Positions 53,933-64,000 of a stretch of DNA of 64,000 nt are shown one piece after another. Under the pieces are notes generated by a model. It did no database searches, had not been told where the DNA came from, and worked only from the letters and a program-made list of their open reading frames with translations. Location of the stretch: NCBI GenBank assembly GCA_020137815.1, contig CM035362.1:1984001-2048000 (forward strand), written 5' to 3'. Each line of letters opens with the position of its first letter. The first letter of the stretch is position 1. The DNA comes from Hormiphora californensis (taxonomy: Eukaryota > Animalia > Ctenophora). A program made the position numbers and the translations under genes.

Positions 53933-55689
53933 TGGTCGCCAATCACCCGATGCCCTCGTCTGGAGAGGCTCCCCAATAAAACCTTATTGAGTTTAGGGTG
54001 CAATTCAGAGTCTCCTCTCAGCGATCCTTTAGGCTTTAGCTTTGAGTGCTTATATGGAAGTTTACCTTGTCCTACAAAATCCCAACACCCCATTTTTAAC
54101 TAGCTAAGAAGGGGCACAACCCCGAAACGTTCGAACAGATATCCGTGTTTTGACACTCGCTCCGGACGTGTTTCCCCACCTACCCAGCATACTTAGCACT
54201 CAGAAGTTGTTCAGTACCCCTTACCCTTTACTCAACATTTCAGAAGAGTAGTCATGCATCGTGTTGTTATGTTCTAACCCTCCTTTACATTTGTAAAGGA
54301 GGCGGGGCGCACAAAACACAGTCTAGCTAGGCAAGCATCGTGCTGACAGTCTACTCCAAGTTTGAATGGAGTTACCAGGGATGCTGAAGAAAGCATCAGT
54401 TAGGATTCTTGGTGGTCAGCTGTAGTTACTAAGCCATTACAAAGTAACACAAGCCTTAATTTGTAGTAGCTTGCATTGTCCTTTGCCGCGTGGGAAAATC
54501 CGCAACTTTTTAGATCGCTCCATCTTTTCTCTATTCTCACTATATTAATCTCTATCTCTCCTTCTCTCTCCCTCTCTCTTTCTGTGGCTCTCTTTCTTTT
54601 ATCACAAGAATTACTGAATGCCCGGCCAATGTCTATGCGAGAGAAATATTTTACCAAAATTCACAAATTTACAGTGTGTCTCTCATTTGTGCTGTTGCAC
54701 CTCCCCCGCGCCCCCGTATGAACAATACAATCTCTCATCTGTTTCTTCGTCAAGCGAATAAAGAGAGATGAAAAAGAGATAGAAAGATAGAGAGAGAGAG
54801 AGAGAAAAAGAGATAGAAAGATAGAAAGATAGAGAGAGTTTGTATGTGCTTCAGTTATTTTCGTTTCATTTCTATTTAATTTTTTCACCTTACAGCTGTA
54901 TACAAAACATGCGTGCCGTTTTATTTTGTGAAAAGAGTCTCAATCTCGGCATCCTATTGTTTCACTTTCATTTCTGGCAGAACCAACACAATCGGTTTTC
55001 TTCGACTGTACCTTGCACTGCGCCCCGAAGGCGACAAACACAATCGGTAGCTCTATATAGTAGTCTATGGGCATATAAAATGACATTCTTTCCTTTGCTT
55101 CTTCTGTTTTCCCTTTCATCTCTTCATTTCCCTCAAACTGTCTTCCCTTTCCTTCCTTCTTTTCTCTAAAACTACCCTCCCTCTCTTTTTCTTTTCCTCC
55201 CCCTTTACTTTCTCTAACAGCTACTCACTGCCCCTACGGTGCTACTGCAGCTGCTGTTGCAGCTTATAATTATTGAACTCGCGGCTCCAAGTTTCCGCTT
55301 GTAATTAAAACTTGACAGACAGCAGCTGCATTCCGAGAAAATTCCTTTGACCTTATATGGAATATGACACGGCCTCTGTCATGGGTTTCATTTCGTATTT
55401 TGTACTGTTTGGGTGTCTAAATCCAACGGGATGTACTGTTTTTAAGAATCATCAGATATTCCCTTATTAATATTGCCATTTATGGGACATCGCGTGATGC
55501 CCAAATATGGCAACATCGCGTGATGCCCAAATATGGCAACATCACGTGATTGTATCTTGTGCTGCTCAGAGAAGTGCACTTGCCGCGGCAGCTCTCTCTC
55601 TCCATTTGAAGCAATTTGCAGTGCTGAGCGAGTCTGCTTCGTGTGTGCAGGGCGGGTTAAGCTGATTGGAGTTTGCTTCTTTCCAACTA

Positions 55690-55724
<35 letters not shown>

Positions 55725-58295
55725 CTCTCACTCTTCTCTCTCTCTCTCTCTCTCTCCTACTCCTCTCTACCTCTGCTCTCTCTGTCTCTCTTTCCCTCCT
55801 CTCCCCTCTTTCTCTCTTTCTCCCTTTCTCACTCTCCCTACTCTCTCTGCCTAACTTCCTTCTTTATTTATGAAAACATATTATTTCTGACCCGGGCACC
55901 AAAGTGCAGGTGAGAAGTTGCTGCACCTCTCCCGTTTGGTTTACAGTATTTTTTGTTATCGTACGACCTACCCTTATGACCAACTCATCCAAATGTATTG
56001 CTCGGCCCTCTCTCACCGTTCCCATGTTATAATTGATTGCTGACTGCTGACTGCTGACTGCTGACTAGTATTCCTCAAGATTTTGAAATCAGGCCATGTC
56101 TAATTCTCCAGTCTCCTCTCCCAATGAACAATTATTGTGCTAGACTCGTCACGCTCTAACGGTTAATTATACCTCATCATTTGGGCGGGGAGCTGCATTG
56201 TGAGATCAGCCACTAACAATTCCCCAATAATAGAACGCACTCATTTTTTGTTCCAATTTGTTTAACTGCCGGTTTTTGTGAAAATCAACATTTAAATCGG
56301 TTTATTTCCCACGGTCCCTAAATCAGAAGCCCTATCACATGTATTAATAAACACACTGGTTGATGCGAGACCTGCATTTAGAAGGCTTTTTGTACTGAAG
56401 CTTGTGTGTGTTTGTCGCTCTAAAATTGTTGCTACATCACCGGCCGCTGCGGGAAGCCATGTTTTCTACTTTCTTGTGGGAAAATTTGGGGTTTACTGTG
56501 GCGTGTGATTCGAATTTAAAACTTATTCTTATTTTTTGTTGTCCGCGTTGAGATGAACACACTGGCTCAGGCTGATATTTCTTTCGTATGATTGTCTGAT
56601 CGGATTATACTTGTCAGCTGTTTGACAGAGGCCGCTCGTGCTAGCATCAGCCTGTATTGAGAAAGCCGGCATCAGAGGGAAGATTGGGTATGAACAAAAA
56701 AAGGTCGGAAAAAAGAACACTGGATCGTAGTATGAGGGGTGAGAGAGATGACCATAGTAGTGCAAACTCCTTATGGGTGATCTAATGTTGGAGTTTGCTG
56801 GCTGTTTAGAGCCTGGCATAAAGCAGGCTTCACTGAGAGAGGGAGGGAGAGAGAGGGAGGGAAAAAGAAAGAAAATTGACTGAATATGTAAGGTGTTTGA
56901 TATTACAATAAGAGAACTCTGTCTGTTTTCTTGAAGGAATGTCGAGATACTGAAACAGACTCGACCGAGTGTATTGTGTGTTACAAAACATGCTACTGCA
57001 GCACTTGCCTTTATTTTGACAAACCTTGTTTCGTTTCCAGGAGTCCAAGTTTCTGTAAGCTTCAGCCTTCAGGTTTATGAAATGTGTTTACCACTTCTGC
57101 CGAACATGCTTTTTGTTGAACGGGGGATTAGTGATCTCACGCGGCCAGATGTGTTACAGCATTTCGTTGCTGGCTCTCCCTCTCTCTCTCTCTCTTTGCT
57201 GTTCTCTTGTCTTTTAGTTACAGTTATTACTGCACTACCATATGAAAATTCATTTATAACAACGCTATATACTGCACACGTTTCTTGGTGAAAACCAAAT
57301 AACTGGAACATTTCCTGCCTTTCTTTCTGTATATATCGACACGTATGTACTTTTTAGTTGTGTGAACAGGTTTCCTAAATCATTTATTAAAGTAAATGTC
57401 TTCGAACAAAACAACAAGTCGTCAAGTCGTGTATATGATCAATATTCTTGATTTACATCTTGATTCTTGACTCAGGATGTGGATGTTTCTAAATATTCTA
57501 ATTCTTATATTCTTATTCTTGATAATAATTATTCTTATCATGCTCCTCATGCTGTTCGCTATATATGATAGTTCGTCATAGAAGGCCATGCTCCTTCACA
57601 CTGCTAATTATTGCTAAATCCTCCCTGTTTCCCAATCTATGATCATCCCTCTCTTATGGTAGATGGTGAATGATCATCTTTTTCTTCCCCTTTCTCTCTC
57701 CCTCCGTTTCTCTCTCCCCTTTCTCTATCTCCCCTTTCTCTATCTCCCTTTTCTCTCTCCCCTTTCTCTATCTCCCCTTTCTCTATCTCCCCTTTCTCTC
57801 CCCTTTCTCTATCTCCCCTTTCTCTCTCCCTCCGTTTCCGGGATAGACGACTGTTTAGCAGCAGCTCGATCTAAATCACGTGGTTACTTCAATGAACAAT
57901 CCCGTGTCACGTGGTGTGTTTAACTGTGTCAATGTACGTTGTAAAAAGAAGAGAATTAAGATTGACGTAGACGAAAAGTTTAGAGAGTAAAAAAATGTGA
58001 GAAAAACGTGTCAAAAATTTCTTGCCCGGTTTTGCTGTGGTGAATCCATTCACCCGAGTGGTGCCAAGCTGACGGCGATACTTCTAGGCTATCAATCCAA
58101 GTTGACCAACCAATTGAGAGCCAGAGAGAGAGAGAGAGAGAGTGAGAGAGAGAGTGAGAGAGTGAGAGAGGGAGAGAGAATTTGACGCGATGTACAAGCC
58201 GCTGCACATAAGATGGGGTATTTTAGCTAAATTGATCTCTGGTGTGTCTTGATTGCTCTAATTTTCGCATCTCTGTCTTGATCGCTCTGCACTAT

Positions 58296-58373
<78 letters not shown>

Positions 58374-58993
58374 CACTATCACTTTCCCTGGATCACCTAT
58401 ATTTACGATAGAAAATGCTTCACATCAGCGTGTGTGTTATTTTCCCATTTCGTTGCGTCAGAACATTTTATTGGCTTCCCTTCTCATGCTTGCACCCAAC
58501 TCCTTCGCGAGCCAAAATCGCACTATTTCTCACACTACGTGTGTGCTTATAGAAACACTTACGGAGTTTGGAGCATTAACTCTCTCTCTCTCTATCTTTC
58601 TCAGCTCTATCTCTATCTTTCTCTCACTCTCTCTCTATCTTTCTCTATCTCTCTCTTTCTTTCTCTCTCCCTCTCTCACTCCTTTTTCCAAACTCACTTA
58701 CACACTTTGAGTCTTTACTCGCACTAAGCCCACTCAGTGTGTTGCTTTTTCCGGGTGCTACGTGTTTTTTGAGCCACCTATAATTGACAGACAGGTACCG
58801 TGGCGCCAAATAGAAATTCATTAAAATCGGTTCTTTGGTTCTTTTTTAGATGTTTAAAAAAAATTTATATCGATGTTTTTTTAGTTTATATCGAATCTGT
58901 TTATTGTAGTTTTATATCCGATGAAGAAATGTGATTTTTCAAACTTGTAACTTTTCTCCCAGATCCGCCCTAGTAATTGTACGGAATTTAGGC

Positions 58994-59089
58994 ATCTCTA
59001 TCTCTATCTCTATCTATCTCTATCTCTATCTCTTTCTATCTCTATCTCTATCTCTTTCTATCTCTTTCTATCTCTATCTCTATCTCTCG

Positions 59090-59129
<40 letters not shown>

Positions 59130-59290
59130 ATCTCTTTCTATCTCTTTCTATCTCTATCTCTATCTCTATCTCTATCTCTATCTCTATCTCTATCTCTATC
59201 TCTATCTCTATATCTATCTCTTTCTCTATCTCTATCTCTATCTCTATCTCTATCTCTTTCTCTATCTCTATCTCTATCTCTATCTCTTTC
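58994..59290. repeat. (ATCTCT)n hexanucleotide microsatellite
   Basis: Direct reading. One of many (CT)n-derived tracts in the window. Confidence 0.9.
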
Positions 59291-59744
59291 CTGATGCCAG
59301 TTAATTGGCAATTCTTTCTCTGTTTCTAATATCTCCCTTTTCTATCTCTCCATCTAATTCTCTTGTCACATGTAGTGTGATATCACCCCACCACCAACTT
59401 TTTGTACTATTTTTTACTTTGCCTCAGCTGAGCGACGGCCCTTTTTCATTTCTTGTATTTTAGTTTTACAAATTTACCTCAGCTTTGGTGTATTGCCAAA
59501 AACATGTCGAGATCAATTTGTTAATCGAGTCTAGATTGAATCCAGATCTTGTTTGATTTGTTAACCCACTTACTATTCTTTATAGGATCAAGATTTAATG
59601 AGCTGACATGTCAAGATAAAAACAACGTGATAAAATACTCCCAACAATTTAACCAACCACTACCAACTTCAAAAACCACTCCAACTACTGCTCCTTCATA
59701 AAAACAATCATCAATATCAAAAATAGTATAAGTTCGGATCCAAC

Positions 59745-61542
59745 ATGCCCGTCCTCATCTCCCTCCTCCTCCTCCTCCCTGTGGTAGCTAGCTCCTTCCC
59801 TGGTCGATGCTCTCACCCCTCGGGCACTATGCAGGGCGAGATAGAGCTAGACAACCAGTCAGGCAGTGACCCAATCACAAGGACTGTAATCAGTAGTAGC
59901 ATTGCCCTCCAAGAGACTCTTTGTTATCGGATTTTGAACGAGTATACCGACCACACGGGCCGGACCAAGACACGTGAGCTATTGTACACCTTGGATTATG
60001 ATAGTTTGAAGCACGTGTATAATTACAAGAACCAGTATAATTTCAAGATCCCCCAAACGAAGATTTCCTGTTGGTGTGACTGTCCGGGAGGTAGCAATCA
60101 GTGTGATTCTAATACTGACTCTTGTGGACTGTAAGTACAATTATGTGTTTGTTATACTTGTTAGGGTTAGGTGTATGTGGACTGTCTTTAAACATGAATC
60201 TACCATGACTTAGGTGCGGGCACTGTTCGGCCTTCTGGAGCTTCTAACATGAATCTTGTCTGTTCATTTGCCTGTCTGCCAGTCGCTCTGCTATGGAGAG
60301 GATAGTTTTCAGGGCTTTGTCATCTTGTTCTTTTGGAAACGTAGGGGCGCTCTGTTTTCTAGCTGGAAGTAGGGCTCAAACCGGAGATTGGAAATTAGCA
60401 GACAGTGCCCAACTACACACCTCTACCACTCTGTACTTCTCTCTCTACCACTCTGTACTTCTCTCTCTCTCTCTCTCTCTCTCTGCGCTTCAGGAAGCGG
60501 AGTCTTGTTAGCGCAACCCCACATCCAGCTACACACACGAGCAGTACTTACTTTTAACTAGGCCAATTGGAAGGGAGAAATAGTGAGCTTAATATAATAA
60601 CTAAGGAGAGAGATGAAGAGAGATTGTTAAATAAACTAAAGGGAGAGAGAGAGATAGGGGAGAAGGCAGTTAGTTATGGAGGTCTAAAAACGGCTCACGG
60701 ACAGTACTTGTACACAGCGCCGGCTCTCTCTACAAATTATTTCCCTCCGGCCCAGTTACACAGGTCCAAAATGTCCTAAAAAAGTAAAGTATTAAACACG
60801 TGTCCATCGTGAGGAATTAAAGGTCTCAATTGTTTTACAAGCTGTCTATATTGGGCGCCAAGGGAGGCAGGCAAAATTATGGACAATTGGTTAATAAGAA
60901 TATGTGTGAACTAGCCCCCGCCCCCCCCCCTAACTAACCCCCTAGCCCCCTATTCCCTAACCAACCCCCTAATTTCCCCTACCCCCTTGTACAGGTACAA
61001 TCACGGTAGTAACGGCTGTGTGAACTGGTATGCGGATGGGCAGACTCTGGATGGTTGTATCTGGGTTACTGGAGCTGGACAAACTTGCTGTAGCGTCAAC
61101 ATTGAGCCGTGAGTAACAACTGTCAAACCTCGGTTTACCGGAACTCTTGTGACAAGTAAAACAACCTTGTCACAACAGTTCAGCTCTCCGCATCCCCGGA
61201 TCGAGCATTCTACAGGACACCAACTTTTAAAACTAACAAGTTTACCGGAACTCAAATTTACCGGAAAAGTGAATATTGCTACCTTTACTATAGCAACCCA
61301 ATGTGCTACTACATAATTGGTATCTAGTATCTACCCCTTTCTTTCCTGGGTCTAGCACGGGAGCCTTTGCTAATTAATTTCCTGGCAGTTCTGAGGGGTT
61401 ATTTCGTAACTAAATGTGCTACCTTCTCCTATCCCTCAGATTTAACGCTTACACCTATAAAGCAGTGGAGATATCAAGTCCTATCACACGAGCACAACTC
61501 CGGCTAAATGTTTGGGATGTTTCTAGTACCCTTAGTAAACCG
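59745..61542 (+). CDS. EFF-1/AFF-1 family (fusexin, class II fold) cell-cell fusogen, first three exons (201 aa); gene continues beyond the window
   Basis: Exons 59745-60130, 60995-61108, 61440-61542 (GT-AG, phases 2, 2, 0). Signal peptide MPVLISLLLLLPVVASS, then IALQETLCY...LLYTLDYDSLKHVYNYKNQYNFKIPQTKISCWCDCPGGSNQC...CVNWYADGQTLDGC...TCCSVNIEPFNAYTYKAVEISSPITRA. This follows the recalled EFF-1/AFF-1 pattern (H..x..Y.F.IP....SC.C.C ... C..F...QT..GC ... CC.V...P....AV....P.T). Confidence 0.85.
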
Positions 61543-62313
61543 GTATGTTTCTTGTACTATTAGTAAATCTGTATGTTTCTACAATAATAAATGCAAATGT
61601 ATAGTACGATAATATGGTTGGGGTCTCTGGAGACTTAATTGATCGAATGTGTGATAGGGTCTGACTGTGGTCGGAAACCCCCTATTGTGTGATCAAGTGA
61701 GATGAGGTATTTTAGTTGAAGTTTTTATGTCCCGGATAGCCTGAATAATTAGTGCTGTCTTGAAATATCCCGGGTTATAGGAGCTAGGTGGTAAAATGTT
61801 TGGTTTTGGAGGTCGGTTTTTGTTGTTTTGTTTCCAGAAAAAAGTCTAAATTTTGCCATTTTTTGGGCAAAAACGCCAGTTTTTGGGTAAATTTTGGGGG
61901 TGTGTGTGTGGATAAATGCAAATGTATAGTACGATAAGATGGTTGGGGTCTCTGGAGACTTTGATTGACTAAATGGTCATTTTTGGCCAAATTTGGTCAA
62001 TTTTTTGTTTCCAGAAAAAAGTTTAAATTTTGCCATTTTTTGGGCAAAGAAAACTAGTTTTTGAGTAAATTTTGGGGGTTGTAGGGGTCTATTTAGGTTT
62101 TAACCACGAAAGGAAATTAAATAAGTGGTCCATTTTGGGGGTCCTTTTGGGTCTTGACCAATTTTTAGGCATATATGTAGTTACGTCAGAACCATTTATC
62201 TTGAACCCCCCCCCCCCCTGAGCGTGCAGCATTATTAAATTATAACGTTTTTGTGTTACAAAAACACAATTTTATAATTATGGCACAGAACACAATGAAT
62301 ATATTCCAATAAA

Positions 62314-64000
62314 TCACTCCAAAATACTGGTCCTTGTCTCTTTTTGGAACAAGAATGTCATTACAAACGCCACACTCGAAACCCCACCAATACCTCCAAT
62401 AAGGTACGGATAGTTGTCCAGACTCAGTAATAGTGCCGCTACCGCTGTTCCGATACTAAACAACCGACCTGTACTCAGCAGGTAGCCTTGTAACATTGCT
62501 CGTTGATCGGTGGGGTAGACCTCGTTGGAATAAAGTTTGAAAATTGTAAAGCTGCACGACTTCACAAACTTAAGCAGGACAATATTGATCACCAATTTGA
62601 TACTCCCTCCAATGCAGATGAGTAGCGCAAAAAGGAGCGCTGATAGTGCTCCAACAATCGTCCTGATCGACAGAATCCTTGATATATACAAATTCACAGC
62701 CAGCATTATCCCTGCACCGGCAATATCTCCTGTCATACCTAGGGCCAACATCGAGAGAGACTTGTCACTGTAGGTATGGCAGTTAGCGGTGTGGTTGGTA
62801 GACCCTAGCTCACTGTCACAATAGCCTTCATTATACATTCTAGGGCCACCAAACATCAGTAATGACCAAGTTAGGGACTGTGAGATGCTGACGAACATGA
62901 AAGCTAAGGTATGCCGTTGGAAGGTCGTATCCCTGTAGGGGAGTTGTAGAAGTGAGATCTGGGTGGGGTCACCGACGTTGTGGTTCACCAACTCTCCCTC
63001 CAGAGGAGCTGTCTTATTCAAACGCCATATGTTGGCTATATAGTACATAACTCCCTCCCGCGCGGGCATCTATTCAATAGACGCACTGCAGAGCAGTGCG
63101 TCTATTGAGCTGTAATGCACGGGTCCCGAAGGGACCCGTGCGTTACAGCCCTGTAAATCCCGAGCGTCAGCGAGGGGTTTACAGGTATATCTGCATGTAA
63201 GGGAGGGAGTTGTGTTCTATAGACCCCGCTGGCGGGCACCTAGAAGCAAAACAAGCACAAATTAGGTGGTTGACACCGAGAGAGCTCACACAAAACGGGT
63301 CAAACAGTTAGAAATGAAGCTACAGAGTGCCTCTCTACATTCCTACACACTCGTAACAATCGTTGTAACAGTTTCAAAGCGTGGAATGCAGAGAGAGATT
63401 ACAGTTAATTGTGGGTCATGAGCAACAGTTGCAACAGACTGGCGGGCGCCAAATCTAGACAGAGAGCGTTGTAGGTTGTACACACACTCCCTCTTGAGTT
63501 ACCAAGTCATTTTATCGTGTTTCCAGTGATTCTTTGTGATCTTTACACAAATCTGTCAGAGGGCGTGCGTCTATCGAGACACAAACTCACGGCAGTGCAC
63601 GGCCCAATAGACCAGTGCAAATTGTTTGAGCGCGCCGTGCGTCTATTTGAGCCGGCGGGGTCTATAGTAGTTTTAGCGGAGTCCAATCTGTCACATGCGA
63701 TATCATAAAAGGCTGATTCCCGTTGGGTCAGGGTAGCCAGGGCTCCGAGAAATCCGGGCACGGAGAGAATGACTAAGACGACCCTCCAGCCGGAAGATTC
63801 AAGGAGAGCTCTGGCGGTAAGGGCGGCAGTTAGCGCACCAATTCCGTAAGAAATGGACTGGGCAGTAAACACATAGGGTCGGGTCCAAACGGGCGAATAC
63901 TCAACTGAGTAAATAGTTGCTGCCGATGTTGCTATTTCTAAGAACAGTACTGTGATTCCACGGAATACCAGAAACTGAACAAAACTTGCTGCCATTATGT
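62314..64000 (-). pseudogene. SVOP/SV2-related MFS transporter, intronless in the visible part, 5' end outside the window, interrupted by an insertion; nested antisense in the fusogen intron
   Basis: ORFs 63995-63666 and 63039-62314 join as ...GWRVVLVILSVP...RESAFYDIACDRLDSAKTT-I-ANIWRLNK... once 626 bp are removed. MFS motifs YSVEYSP...R, YSNEVYPTDQRA and C-terminal KETR are present, as is a Cys-containing loop after TM7 as in SVOP. Confidence 0.78.
63041..63664. mobile_element. 624-bp non-autonomous element with split inverted repeats (internal complement of both ends), TA-flanked
   Basis: Left end tagtacataactccctccc, right end gccggcggggtcta. The internal segment at 63201-63233, gggagggagttgtgttcta-tagaccccgctggc, is the reverse complement of right end joined to left end. 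Three consecutive hairpins at 63076-63185. Confidence 0.85.

Noticed and set aside
57476-57581. 34-codon hydrophobic ORF (MWMFLNILILIFLFLIIIILIMLLMLFAIYDSSS)
   Set aside because: It arises from low-complexity ttctta/ttcttg repeats and has no supporting exons.
59745-61542. Viral or retrotransposon class II envelope (phlebovirus Gc-like) instead of a host fusogen
   Set aside because: It has its own signal peptide and three spliceosomal introns, with no adjacent gag/pol or LTR. The motif order matches EFF/AFF better, although the folds are related.
63041-63664. Treating the insertion in the MFS gene as a normal intron
   Set aside because: There is no GT or GC donor at the boundary on the coding strand, and it has transposon-like internal symmetry and a TA duplication.
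30682-64000. Functional 'neural' cluster of neurexin-like, fusogen and SVOP-like genes
   Set aside because: Adjacency alone is not evidence of co-function in an animal genome. It would need co-expression or conserved synteny.

Overview
Eukaryotic (animal) genomic DNA with short GT-AG exons, (CT)n/(GA)n-rich introns, nested antisense genes and many small inverted-repeat elements. The gene content and style suggest an early-branching animal such as a ctenophore, but that is inference only. Genes reconstructed by hand from splice sites: (1) a complete 14-exon group I p21-activated kinase (+, 674-18618), whose introns hold an antisense GT4 glycosyltransferase, an antisense small secreted-protein gene absent from the ORF track, and an ORF1-only LINE derivative. 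(2) A complete neurexin-family-like type I membrane protein (-, 47036-30682) with an unusual architecture: signal peptide, chitin-binding type-2 domain, kringle, laminin-G, Thr/Pro stalk, TM, band-4.1-binding motif and a PDZ-type tail. (3) The first three exons of an EFF-1/AFF-1 (fusexin) cell-cell fusogen (+, from 59745), with an SVOP-like MFS transporter nested antisense in its intron and broken by a 624-bp element that carries an internal copy of its own circle junction. Between the genes lies a 7.06-kb non-coding foldback transposon with GG termini and an 8-bp TSD, built from a 10-bp-periodic palindromic satellite, plus several MITEs with clear TSDs. Two stretches (about 34.5-36.65 kb and 40.55-41.65 kb) look like uncorrected homopolymer-inflated assembly. 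Most ORF-track entries are microsatellite read-throughs.
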